Origin: Amphiscolops sp. MND2022
Taxonomy: Eukaryota
Assembly (NCBI GenBank): GCA_964187785.1
Contig: OZ076409.1
Span: forward strand, 98,334,001-98,394,000
DNA: 60,000 nt
Direction: 5' to 3'
The notes below the pieces were generated by a model. The model made no database searches and was not told the origin of the DNA. It saw only the letters and a list, made by a program, of their open reading frames with translations. The translations under genes and the position numbers were made by a program. Position 1 is the stretch's first letter. Each line of letters begins with the position of its first letter. Shown in pieces: positions 39,301-47,265 of this stretch.

Positions 39301-41774
39301 GATCCCAATTTTTTAGTCGGCGCTTTTCTTGAGAAAAGAGTCGACTATAGTCAAGGCTTTTCGTCAGTGTTTTTTCGATACACCTGAAGACACCAAAATA
39401 ATTCTACAAAAAGTTCTACAAAATTTTATATTGTTCCTGTTGGCCCAGGGAACTGAACCATAAAAGTTTTTCCTTTGTTTCCGCGTATCATACAATACCG
39501 GGCGAGACTAACGGGTCCCCTTTCACTTTTTTCGGCCTTGTGGGACATTTTTTTTCGAAAAAAAATATCCCCAGAGGTCCCCCTTTCAGTTTTTTTCGGC
39601 ATTGTGAGACTTTTTCAAGAAAAATCCATCAAAGGGTCCCCAATTCACCAATTATTTGACACTTTGAAGTCCTTTTGCTATTTTTGAGTCTTAGATATGG
39701 CACCGACATGGGCCGTTCCCGGATTTTCTGGATGAGAATTACGCGAAGTTGAGTGTATAACTGTAGTTAGTGAGTAGTGAGGTGAGTTACCAACCAGAGG
39801 CAGGAATGTGATGACTGAGTACTTCTGGTTGCGCAGCTTGTTCTTGGGGTATTTGGCCAGCACGTCCGGTCTGCCGAGGATGACGGTGCGCGACTTCTTG
39901 GGTTTGGGCGGACACAGACGTCTGCACGCCCCAATGCAGCTGCTACACAACAACAACAACCATGATGACGTCACTAAAACTAAGCTCAGGGTTGGATGGA
40001 AATCGGAGTTTTTAAATTCCTTGGATTTAAATAAAAACTATACTTACCTGACTATGAAAGGAAAGATTAAGAGTTTTTCCAGGAAAAGTTCGTAAATGAA
40101 ATCGACATACCTGGTTACAGCAAACAGTGTTGGAATGATTTCCGTTTTACTTAACTGTTTTAAATATTCAATGCATACGTTTTTTATTACATTACTTTTT
40201 TAAACACTGCTTTGTTTTCTTAAAATTCAGTGTTCCATTTATTTTGAAAGATTTTTTGATTTCTTCAAAAAAGGATCGATTTCAAAGAATCAATTTACTT
40301 TTGACATTCAAATCAAATAACTGATTCAGCACGCGGAAACAAAATACAAGTTTTTCACATTTCTCCTATTGCAAACTTCAAAATATCAATATCGATGTTT
40401 TTGAATTGAAATAAATCAAGTTTATTTAAATCAGCCAACCCTGTTGTGCTTAAAAAGCTGTAAACTATTCTAGTAGACTTCTAATTTAGAGTCTCAATCC
40501 AGATTTCACGACTCAATCAACCGGCAATTTTGACAAGTATTGTGCCAAATTCGAGCAAACTTGATTTTCATAATTTACCAATTAGTTAGCTCACTGCCTT
40601 TTCCGTAGTAGCGCCCATTTAGTGGCAATTAGCTTAGAAGCATTTGGTCTGTAGTAGCAAATGTCCTAGTAGCACTTTGCATGTAGTATCAAATGTCCAG
40701 AGACCCTCAATCGGAACCTTTTTTTGTGCCCATGAGAAAATGAGAACCAACCGAAAGTGGATTGATTCCGATTTAGATATAGAAACTTAGTTGTCATTGT
40801 CATCAACAGCATCATCAGATAATTTATTACTTTCGTAAAATTTCGACACAAGTTGACGCCATAATAGCGAAAACAACTCATTATTAAACCTTAAACCAAG
40901 TTTGTCTACTCAGGATTCCCCGTTAACCAAACCAATCCCATCATCATAAATTCTAAATTTCAAAATAGCCGATTACCCAAAATGAAATTGGGTAATCGGA
41001 AATTGTTAATATACAGCAATAGGTTAGTTAAAAGGCACTTCCCAATGTTATCAGGACATACGTCTGTAGTTTGTCAGAATATCAAAATGAATCTCTGGTC
41101 GTAAAGCCACAATTCGTCCCATTTTGAAATTTACAAAAGCGACGAATTGTCACCTTTTCAAAATGACACGAACTGCAGGTTGGAACGATTGTCACTTTTT
41201 GGGACGAATTGTCACTTTTGGAACGAATTGTCACTTTTGGGACGAATTGTCACTTTTGGGACGAATTGTCACTTTTGGGACGAATTGTCACTTTTGGGAC
41301 GAATTGTCACTTTTGGGACGAATTGTCACTTTTGGGACGAATTGTCACTTTTGGGACGAATTGTCACTTTTGGGACGAATTGTCACTTTTTGAGACGAAT
41401 TGTCACTTTTGGGACGAATTGTCACTTTTGGGACGAATTGTCACTTTTGGGACGAATTGTCACTTTTGGGACGAATTGTAACTTTTGGGACGAATTGTCA
41501 CTTTTTGGATGAATTTGGGACCAATTGTCGTTTTTTTTTTGGACTTTGGGACATACAAAATATCACTTTTTGGGCGAACTTTAGACGAATTGTCATGTCG
41601 TCGCCCGCCAGGCACAACAGAGATCTCTACGTGGGATACAGAGATACACACTAACTCGAAACAGTCGGCATCCCTGTCGGGGGCACTACTCGCACTAGTG
41701 GGTTCGCCTCTCCTGCCACTCTTGATGAGGAAGGATCTGTCGTCGAAGGCAGCCGCTTCCTCCTCGTCACTCAT
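3257..41774 (-). CDS. ATP9B: Phospholipid-transporting P4-ATPase class II (ATP9A/ATP9B/NEO1 family), 18 coding exons, about 1072 aa (whole-gene span)
   Basis: Exons join in frame (3219 nt) with GT-AG introns. Motifs: [56 protein letters not shown] and the ATP9-type C-terminus PPTYSKLT*. A versus B paralogue cannot be resolved. Confidence 0.95.
4319..4911 (-). mobile_element. Non-autonomous Helentron-like (HINE) family B
   Basis: In element orientation: T-run, subTIR AGGAGTCGG forming a hairpin, and at the far end CCGACTCCT followed by a small stem-loop (CCGCACATGCGG in other copies). Further copies about 11547-11945, 33399-33705, 43434-44177 (interrupted) and 48540-48838. Confidence 0.7.
5057..5251 (-). 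CDS. ATP9B: ATP9 exon 17 (TM region, [14 protein letters not shown]...VFLLE)
   Basis: Within ORF 5004-5309; TTTCAG acceptor, GTACTA donor; [12 protein letters not shown]...TWH motif. Confidence 0.92.
5843..6009 (-). CDS. ATP9B: ATP9 exon 16 ([14 protein letters not shown]...SIYQ)
   Basis: Within ORF 5838-6026; TTCCAG acceptor, GTTAGT donor; [12 protein letters not shown] motif. Confidence 0.93.
7516..8361. mobile_element. piggyBac-like MITE with a nested family A element
   Basis: Ends CCCTAATTGACCT / AGGTTCATTAGGG. The homologous copy 51597-52588 is flanked by TTAA on both sides; a third copy lies at about 38520-38988. Confidence 0.55.
7809..8185 (-). mobile_element. Non-autonomous Helentron-like (HINE) family A
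   Basis: Plus strand reads ACAAGCCGGGAACGGCCCAAGTCGGCGCC ... CGCCGACTAAAAA; subTIR AGTCGGCG(C); terminal GCCG-TTCC-CGGC stem-loop; no TSD. Confidence 0.75.
8930..9255. mobile_element. hAT-type MITE (family C)
   Basis: TIR CAGAGTTTTGACA / TGTCAAAAGTCTG; perfect 8-bp TSD CTTGTTCT at 8922-8929 and 9256-9263. Confidence 0.85.
10148..10447 (-). CDS. ATP9B: ATP9 exon 15 ([15 protein letters not shown]...FLIVG)
   Basis: Within ORF 10075-10482; GDGGND hinge motif; GCGCAG acceptor, GTTAGT donor. Confidence 0.95.
11028..11390 (-). mobile_element. Helentron-like (HINE) family F
   Basis: ACAAGACGCCCGCT..CGGGATATTTTCCGCC end (stem-loop plus subTIR). Copies at about 23752-24105 and 46435-47050; the last ends GGGCGGAAAATGAAAAA. 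Confidence 0.55.
11972..12420. mobile_element. Tc1/mariner (pogo-like) MITE with a nested family E element
   Basis: Perfect 24-bp TIR CAGTAAACCCTCGATTATCCGCCA with TA on both sides. Confidence 0.85.
12036..12322 (-). mobile_element. Helentron-like (HINE) family E carrying a tRNA-like segment
   Basis: Stem-loop GCGAAGC-GGT-GCTTCGC, subTIR CACATGACGAAG / CTTCGTCATGTG, internal A-box TGGCACAGTGG and B-box GGTTCGAATC. Close copy at 22104-22375. Confidence 0.7.
12947..13266 (-). CDS. ATP9B: ATP9 exon 14 ([12 protein letters not shown]...CRCSPTQKA...)
   Basis: ORF 12943-13260 plus two upstream codons; TTGTAG acceptor, GTGACA donor. Confidence 0.95.
13868..14419. repeat. Foldback-like element with a 26-bp minisatellite (GCGACAATTCGTCCCATTTTGAAAAG, 8 copies at 13887-14094)
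   Basis: Seven perfect units plus one variant, with inverted copies of the same unit at about 14347-14419. Confidence 0.85.
15426..15563 (-). CDS. ATP9B: ATP9 exon 13 (DRNSKV...[11 protein letters not shown]...RNAGIK)
   Basis: Read directly on the minus strand; CTGCAG acceptor, GTACAC donor; GVEDKLQ motif. Confidence 0.93.
16125..16632. mobile_element. MITE with long TIRs (superfamily uncertain)
   Basis: 34-bp TIR CCCAGTGTAAAATRTCTTGAAACTCTTGCCAAGA (33/34 match); TT on both flanks; internal TCTTGGCAAGA repeats. Confidence 0.8.
16667..16828 (-). CDS. ATP9B: ATP9 exon 12 (VMASM...[19 protein letters not shown]...SMQ)
   Basis: Within ORF 16655-16852; TGTCAG acceptor, GTTACT donor. Confidence 0.94.
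17410..17616 (-). CDS. ATP9B: ATP9 exon 11 ([11 protein letters not shown]...[11 protein letters not shown]...YVKGADT)
   Basis: Overlaps ORF 17194-17610; CTGTAG acceptor, GTTAGT donor; nucleotide-binding domain motifs. Confidence 0.94.
17889..18384 (+). mobile_element. HINE family A copy
   Basis: TTTTTGTTCGGCG ... GGCGCCGACTTGGGCCGTTCCCGGCCTGTT. Confidence 0.75.
18640..18830 (+). repeat. Unclassified dispersed repeat (second copy about 50825-51020)
   Basis: Shared core GGGGACCGTTACTGACACTGCAA..AGGCTCTGCAGCTTGCAGCGA...GTTGCAGACCAACA. Confidence 0.7.
19326..21173 (-). mobile_element. hAT DNA transposon (1848 bp, internally deleted) in ATP9 intron 10
   Basis: 14-bp TIR CAGGGTGGCCACTT; perfect 8-bp TSD ATCTCAAG at 19318-19325 and 21174-21181; subterminal ATTTGGGGG repeats. 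Confidence 0.92.
19567..21056 (-). pseudogene. hAT-family transposase, frameshifted and truncated
   Basis: BED-like finger (W...CKYC...HEQSAMH), first catalytic D (HMDES), second D ([10 protein letters not shown]) and CxxH (GCSVHLAN). The frame breaks near 20040; no TRW or ER.FS motif is visible. Confidence 0.85.
21554..22050. mobile_element. Tc1/mariner-type MITE
   Basis: About 28-bp TIR CAGTAGTGATATTAWTAAAAGCAACAAA with TA on both flanks. Confidence 0.82.
22104..22375 (-). mobile_element. HINE family E copy with a tRNA-like segment
   Basis: Closely matches 12036-12322. Confidence 0.7.
24681..24953 (-). CDS. ATP9B: ATP9 exon 10 (VRSDV...LAICHNVTP...YQASSPDE)
   Basis: ORF 24627-24953; TTCCAG acceptor, GTTAGT donor. 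Confidence 0.93.
24998..25416. mobile_element. hAT-type MITE
   Basis: TIR CAGAGTTGGTC / GGCCAACCCTG; perfect 8-bp TSD AGGAGGCC at 24990-24997 and 25417-25424. Confidence 0.82.
25438..26375 (-). mobile_element. Non-autonomous hAT element retaining the transposase C-terminal dimerisation-domain fragment, with a nested family A element (25775-26282)
   Basis: TSD ATGAAATG at 25430-25437 and 26376-26383; TIR CAGGGTKCG. ORF 25534-25722 reads PELSRV...[12 protein letters not shown]...RNRLS, the hAT C-terminal motif. Confidence 0.8.
25969..27122. repeat. 577-bp head-to-tail tandem duplication
   Basis: 25969-26545 versus 26546-27122; ORFs 26030 and 26607 are offset by 577; only two differences seen. 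Confidence 0.92.
27522..27605 (-). CDS. ATP9B: ATP9 exon 9 ([17 protein letters not shown]...FDE)
   Basis: Second half of the DK|TGT phosphorylation motif; TTTCAG acceptor, GTTAGT donor. Confidence 0.92.
28041..28179 (-). CDS. ATP9B: ATP9 exon 8 ([10 protein letters not shown]...[14 protein letters not shown])
   Basis: Within ORF 27978-28211; GGGCAG acceptor, GTGAGC donor; contains the catalytic Asp. Confidence 0.95.
28222..28432. repeat. 68-bp tandem repeat, about 3 copies, beside the exon 8 acceptor
   Basis: AAGAATCTGTCAGAT.TCACTTCCTCCAAGATCTTGAACGACAATGCATTATTCTTGG.. repeats with period 68. Confidence 0.85.
30069..30139 (-). CDS. ATP9B: ATP9 exon 7 ([24 protein letters not shown])
   Basis: 71-nt exon read directly; TTTCAG acceptor, GTGAGG donor; supplies the TM4 PIS(L) motif and restores phase. 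Confidence 0.9.
30667..31191 (-). mobile_element. HINE family A copy
   Basis: ACAAGCCGAGAACGGCCAAAGTCGGCGCC ... TAGTCGGGCATATTTT-CTACT-AAAATGCGCCGACTAAAAA. Confidence 0.75.
31192..31547. repeat. About 20-bp minisatellite (AAATAGAAGCCGCACAATTC, 4 perfect-like units at 31463-31547, degenerate units to the left)
   Basis: Direct reading. Similar units at 30600-30660 show the array was split by the family A insertion. Confidence 0.75.
31559..31766 (-). CDS. ATP9B: ATP9 exon 6 ([15 protein letters not shown]...[13 protein letters not shown]...LMILK)
   Basis: Within ORF 31517-31777; ATGTAG acceptor, GTACCT donor. Confidence 0.94.
32145..32736 (+). mobile_element. HINE family A copy
   Basis: TTTTTAGTCGGCGCATTTT..AAAATGAGCCCGACTA ... 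GCGCCGACTTTAGACGTTCCCGTCTTGTT. Confidence 0.75.
34143..34397 (-). CDS. ATP9B: ATP9 exon 5 (IPADMVLL...[13 protein letters not shown]...EIPL)
   Basis: Within ORF 34109-34414; actuator DGET motif; TTTCAG acceptor, GTACAA donor. Confidence 0.95.
36553..36728 (-). CDS. ATP9B: ATP9 exon 4 ([18 protein letters not shown]...KNQR)
   Basis: Within ORF 36531-36770; CTGCAG acceptor, GTTACC donor. Confidence 0.93.
37431..37786. mobile_element. hAT-type MITE (family C)
   Basis: Ends CAGAATTTTGAC / GTCGAAACTCTG; perfect 8-bp TSD GTATGTAC at 37423-37430 and 37787-37794. Other fragments at about 14560-14705, 27195-27250 and 47460-47797. Confidence 0.85.
39078..39191 (-). CDS. ATP9B: ATP9 exon 3 ([15 protein letters not shown]...TYWGPL)
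   Basis: Overlaps ORF 38988-39188; GTTTAG acceptor, GTTAGT donor. Confidence 0.94.
39795..39942 (-). CDS. ATP9B: ATP9 exon 2 (SCIGACRR...[19 protein letters not shown])
   Basis: Within ORF 39678-39974; NQKY..ITFLP motif; tandem TAG-CAG acceptor; GTTGGT donor. Confidence 0.9.
41100..41607. repeat. Foldback-like element with a 19-bp minisatellite (GGGACGAATTGTCACTTTT, about 16 copies at 41201-41505)
   Basis: Same GACAATTCGTCCC core and essentially the same CGTAAAGC.ACAATTCGTCCCATTTTGAAA end as the 13868-14419 element. Confidence 0.85.
41656..41774 (-). CDS. ATP9B: ATP9 probable first coding exon ([18 protein letters not shown]...DCF)
   Basis: ATG at 41774; GC-rich like the other exons; GTTAGT donor whose phase 2 fits exon 2. 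The N-terminus is poorly conserved, so this is less certain. Confidence 0.7.
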
Positions 41775-42160
41775 TTCGGCACAACACGAACAACAACAAC
41801 AACAAAGACAGCACCTGCAACCGCAGCACCTACGTCATCAAACCACGCTGATCAATCATGAGTCATCAATCAGTACGGAAACAACCAACGTGGAACAGCC
41901 AGTGCCCAAGACATGGCAACAAGGAAGTACACCCCGATACAAACATACGAACCAAGATGTTCAAAAATGCAAACGAACAATGGATTCAGACAGTTCTTTC
42001 ATCAAAGAAACACGAAACAGCGACCGATATGGTACAGTAGAAATATATGCTATTTTCAGTTGAAAATCAGCAATGGTGATTTTGTGGAAAAAAGCGTAAA
42101 AGTGAAAAAAAACAAGTAAACAGAAAAAAAATTTCAAGTTTCAAGGGAAGTACAATAATA

Positions 42161-43013
42161 CTGTGATTAAGAAAACGTCCCCTGGGTAATTTTAGGCTCG
42201 ATTTACTCGGAATCGGTTGAAATTTAGAAAAAAATATCGGAAATGAAAGTTTCTGAATTTCATCTAGTTTACATCAGTATATTTTAAAACTTTTTAAGAC
42301 AGTTTGTGAAAGTTCAAAGTAGCTAATTTTGAGCAAAATCGGGCCTTTTGCCGTTTTTCCAATTTTGACCGCTTTATCTACAGTTTTTGAGAAGCTTTAT
42401 GCTCAATTAACTCCCACAAATCTATTGAATCTGTGGAAATATTTTGATTTCAAAAATGATCAACCGTTTACGAAATATCATGCTCGAAAGGTAAAATTTC
42501 GTCGATTTACATAAATTAAGATAGGAAATGGATCTTTTCTGTTAATCCCCCCCCCCACAGTAATAACGGAAATTTCAATTCCCCGCCACTATCAGCGATG
42601 AGTTTCAGTTGCAGTTCGAGTTATGAAATACTGCAATTTGATTGGTTGTAACTATTAATTCAATGGTAATTTCACTAGACCGCTTAACTAGGGGGAATTT
42701 AATTGGTGGGGGGAATTAACAGAAAAGATCCTAGGAAATAAACGTTTCGCGGGGAAGAAGTGCAACTAATTTTTCATATAGAATGTTTTTGAATCAAAAA
42801 ATATATCATTGAATTCTAGACATCTGCCAAATCCGATGAACTTTAAAAACATTTCGAAAACCTGTTCAAAACTGGAAAAATAATAAGAGTGTTCTTTCTG
42901 CCCCTGAGATTTCACTTGAAAGCGCCAATGAAAATTTAGTGTGAAAGCAAATAAACAATTTTAATTGGTTGATAACAACGCTCAGCGCATATTGGACGTT
43001 TTCTTAATCACAG
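42161..43013. mobile_element. Tc1/mariner-type non-autonomous element with a nested MITE
   Basis: Perfect 20-bp TIR CTGTGATTAAGAAAACGTCC with TA flanks. Confidence 0.82.
42530..42731. mobile_element. Small MITE (MULE- or hAT-like)
   Basis: TIR GGATCTTTTCTGTTAAT; 8-bp TSD TAGGAAAT at 42522-42529 and 42732-42739. Confidence 0.82.
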
Positions 43014-44334
43014 TACTGTAGTAGTTTTGGAAACTTATTTTTCAAAGAAATGAAGAAATATGTTTTCAGATTTAGCATTTGAATGTTCTTGCTTTTTTCA
43101 TGGAAAGTAATGGTATTCCACGGTAAAAAAAGCCATTTGCATTGAAAAAGCTATCTTTAAAGGACCCAAGGCAAACGCAAAGAGCCAATGCTTCTCTTTT
43201 TGCAGATGAATTTGAAATCAGTGCGATATTTTTACCATCAATTGGTTGCTTCAAAAAAAAACCAACCGACTTTTGCAGGGAGGCCACGGTCGATTTGGAG
43301 CCAGAAAATTTGAGCAAAACTAGCAGAATTCACGATTCTCGGAATCCTCGAGTATAAGCCTAAACCAGCTAATTTAAACCTTTGTAACTCTGTCAAAGCT
43401 TGGGAAAAGCGGATCGAAGTTAAATTGCCCACGAAACCAGAGCCGCACAGGGCTTCCCAATAAATAATTATTGAAAAAATAATTGTCAATAAATAAATAA
43501 AAATAGTTTATTTTTCGACAATTCCAATAACTATTATCGAAAAGCGCAAAATTATTGCAAGATAGAAAACAATAATTGCTGGAAGTTGAAAATATCATTT
43601 TTTAAATTTTACGTTAAATGCCTTTATGTAAGTTATGCCTTTATGTTAGTCCGAGCGGTTTTTGCAGATTACCGAAAAAGCTTGTCCCCGGTTAGTTTGG
43701 AGTCTCAAATTTTCTTGAAATACAACAAGAACTGTTGGAAAATTTAAACTGTTGCCCTGCTTTGAGCTCTTATCGAAAATTGTACAATATTGATATTTTG
43801 TGTCAAAAATTGATATTTTGTGTCAATAATTGTAATTTTCGTCAAAATAATTATTTTTCTTCAGCGCGCCATAGAAATAATTTATTGAGCCGCAATGATA
43901 TTGCAATACAATATTTGGAAGCCCTGGAAAACCTAATTACGGATTTTACTGTCATTTGACTATTTTCGGACTAAATTTGGCAATGTTTCTCAGATCCCAG
44001 TCATACGATTTTGATGAAATTGTGCACACAGGAGCGCCTTTGGGTGTAGAATGACGATGCTAAATTTTATAAAAATCAGATAGACAGTTTTTGAGAAATT
44101 TGAATTCTCATTGAAAGGTCGGGAGAAAAAAAGCTACGAGTGCATAAGTAATCGAAAATTTTCCCAACTCCTAAAAATACTTCCTTAGTTTTATACTTGG
44201 CTCGTCTGTGGCCACCCTGTTTAAAATGAAGCCAGTCAAAGGATGGAGCCAAAGAAGAGTCGATTGCAAAACAGTTGCGATAAAGTTGGAATTTTGAGAA
44301 AACGCCAGCAAAAACAACAAGTACCCAGATTTCT

Positions 44335-44400
44335 GTTGGTCCGGAAGCGGCGAAGAAACACTGGAATCAGCTCGGCCAGATACAGCTGGTGACGTCAGAG
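44335..44400 (-). promoter_or_regulatory. Candidate ATP9 promoter or regulatory patch
   Basis: Non-repetitive GC-richer patch 2.6 kb upstream of the ATG, with ETS-like CCGGAAG (44341), E-box CAGCTG (44383) and CRE TGACGTCA (44390). Motif-only evidence. Confidence 0.25.
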
Positions 44401-44881
44401 ATGATCATTGCTACATTTTAAAATCATTTTTGTTAAAATGAAATGATTCTTAAAAGATTTTATAATTGTAGAACTTGTAAAAATGCACGTTTTATATCGC
44501 AGATACGTTTCAGAAACTTTGTTTTTAAAACTTTTTGATTGGATGTCTGCGAATTTCTCATAGTAGTCAATGGTGGCGATTATTGCACAATTAGCGAAAA
44601 ATACTACGATAAGTAAACTCAATAATGAATTGATTCACCTACGATTCCTAATAAATAAGCTAAAATGTGACAGAATTTTGTACAACGGAATCACCGACGA
44701 CGAAATTTCTGATAATCGTTTCAAGAAACCTTTTTCATCGAAATCAGACCACGGAAGCACAAACAGACGTACAAGCAGAATGCTCTATGAAGTTGTTTTT
44801 CATCCAAAGAAATAGAACACGACATCCCCCCCCCCAGTTCGTTAAAACAACATCGCTTCTGATAATCTCGATAATTACGAA

Positions 44882-46164
44882 ACAAGACGGGAACGTCTGA
44901 AGTCGGCTCTATATCTAAGGCTCAAAAAGCGCAGTCTTTAAAATTGTTAAAGGGGGCCCTTTGGGCTTTTTGAAAATCCTGTTTGTTGGAAAAGATCACA
45001 AAAAAATTAAAGGGGACCCTTTGAAGACATTTAAAAAAATTTCGAAAACGAAAAAGAGAATTTTCAAAGAGTCTCATAGTGCCGAAAAACTTGAAAGTGG
45101 AGACCCTTCGGGCTTTTTGAAACCAGTTTGCTTCAAAATACCAAAAAACTTGAAGGGGGATCCTTTGGAGACAAAAAATCGCGACAAGAAGCACAGTGCC
45201 GAAAAAATTCAAAAAAGGGGAACCCTATAGTCTCGTCATGTTTTGTATCTTAAAAACTTTAAAGTTGGAGTAAATCTATCTCCAAAACGTTAAAATTGGA
45301 GTAAATGAAAGGGGGCCTTTGCAATAACTTAGATGCGTTTCCGGTCCAGTAGCTTAGTAGTCTGTAAAAAAGTGTCCACTATGCGTACATTCTGTTGTCT
45401 GACAAAAAAACTAGTCATTGTAATAGTCGGGATTTTCCCTCAAAGGAAAACGCGCCGACTAAAAACATGTGTCTTTCTGATCGACAATGTATTGGACTAA
45501 CTGAGGTGAGTTGTTATTCGTGTCAATATAGTTTTCGCCGAGCCACCGGCAAAAAAAGTACCCGGAAAAGTGAAAAATTGTAAAAAAAATTCTCAATAGC
45601 TGAGCAACTGTTTACTGACCCACCCTAGTAACACAGGGCGCCATTGAAAACGCACATATAAGTTTTTTTTAATGACGCTTCAGCTATGAGTGCGACCGGC
45701 ATTCGAAAGGCTCGGCGAAAATTTTGTCAATTTTTCAACTGTACCAATAACCAAAAATACGAATTACAATATAGATACAACAAGTCGGGAACGGCATAAG
45801 TCGGCGCCATTTCTAAGGTTCAAAAATAGCAAAAGGAAATGAAACAGTCAAAGACTCAAAAGTATCAAACTCAAAAAAAAAGAGTTCCGAAACACTTTCA
45901 AAAACACAAACGACCCTTGCGCACTAAAAGGGGCGACCCTTTCGGATTTTTAAACATCCATTGCTGCAAAACATCAGAAAATTGAAGGGGGGACCCTTTG
46001 GGGAATTTTTTCAAGAAAAGTCGCATAATGCCGAAAAAACTGAAAGGGAACCCTTTAGTCCCGCCTGGTATTATATGTTACGCTGAAAAAAAAGGAACCT
46101 TTTTGGTTCAGTTCCTTAAGTCACTGTAATAGTCGTGTTTCACTTAATGACGCGCCGACTAAAA
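44882..46164 (-). mobile_element. Two HINE family A copies (44882-45464, 45780-46164)
   Basis: ACAAGWCGGGAACG...AGTCGGC starts and GCGCCGACTAAAAA ends. Confidence 0.75.
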
Positions 46165-46542
46165 ATATAATAATTTAAAGTCAGTTCATCAAAATGATTA
46201 TAACTGGATGACCTGGATGAACGGGTCTCAGATACATACGAATTACACAAAGATTCGAAGTATCCGGATACGAATTAACAGGAGTTGACTGTATGTTTTC
46301 AAAATAACCAAAAACAATGGATCACATGATAAATAAAAAATGAAAAAGTAAAAAGTAACAAAAAAACTAGATTCCCCAATTCGTTAAAATGATACAAATT
46401 TTCAAATAACCAAAACCTATGGATTGTAGGTTGAAGAAAAGCCCGCTATGCACCGGGATATTCGAATAAAGCGTGCTGGGACAAATGGGAGCGCTTGTTT
46501 CGAACCCCCGCCTCCTCCTCAGTAAAACACAATATTTAATAT

Positions 46543-46940
46543 TAGAGGTGTACCGGACAACAAGTCCGGTCCGGTATCCGGCCGGATTTCAGGAAAATGT
46601 CCTGTCCGGTATCCGGCCAGACTTTTTACAATGTCAGGCCGGATATTATCTTAAAATAATAATCCCAAATATTCGGAATATCTAAGTGTATGTGAATCGA
46701 AAAATTGAATTTGTGGCTGTTAATCAAAATTCAATAAATTATGGCGGAGGGAAAATAGTTTTTCACCGCTCTGTGGTAAAAGCATGCTTCGTTTTGCGTA
46801 ATCCTCATTGCTCAATTCTGAAAACAGCCCTTCATCGCTTATAATTTGCGGATAATGTCCGGTCCGGCCGGTATCCGGCTTCAATCAGTCCTGTCCAGTT
46901 GTCCGGCCGGACTGAAATTTTCTTATCCGGTGCACCTCTA
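46543..46940. mobile_element. hAT-type MITE nested in a family F element
   Basis: TIR TAGAGGTGYACCGGA; perfect 8-bp TSD TTTAATAT at 46535-46542 and 46941-46948; many CCGG subterminal repeats. Confidence 0.85.
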
Positions 46941-47059
46941 TTTAATATAAAATGGAGTAAAAAGTGATTTGGCAAAATTTGGAAATCGCAACACAGATTA
47001 TAATTTTCCTACCCATACACAAATCAATTTATGGGGGCGGAAAATGAAAAAATAATTTA

Positions 47060-47265
47060 TCAAGATTTTATCGAGATCCAATGATCATCACTGGAAGAGG
47101 TGGATGAACGGGTTGAGTCAGCGAAGTCCCATGAATTCTTGTCGTGACTGTCGGAGGTGCGACTTCTGGCTCTGTTGGCTTTGTCTTTGCTGCCCCTGCT
47201 CGAAGCCCGACTGGACCGCCCACTGTTCCTCTCTCTGGCTAGCTGAGACGCCGATGTTGTTTCTT
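47060..47265 (-). CDS. Probable terminal exon of an unidentified upstream gene (Ser/Arg-rich tail ...ETTSASQLARERNSG...DDHWISIKS*)
   Basis: GC-rich island like the ATP9 exons, preceded by a TGTGTTGTTCAG acceptor of the local style and ending in TGA. No recognisable domain. Confidence 0.4.

Larger units (their letters stand above)
36816..39722 (+). mobile_element. Three separate HINE family A copies (36816-37285, 38020-38509, 39308-39722); the span also contains exon 3 and other elements
   Basis: Each starts TTTTTAGTCGGCGCTTTTCTT.AGAAAAGAGTCGACTA and ends near GGCRCCGACWTGRGCCG. Confidence 0.75.

Noticed and set aside
39987..40443. hAT-like MITE ends CAGGGTTGG / CCAACCCTG (also 43448-43926, CAGGGCTTCC / GGAAGCCCTG)
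   Set aside because: Probably real old MITEs, but no matching TSD could be read, so they were not listed as supported features.
41485..42063. 192-aa plus-strand ORF with poly-Gln
   Set aside because: Antisense to ATP9 exon 1 and its CAA/TTG-rich leader, and it starts inside a minisatellite.
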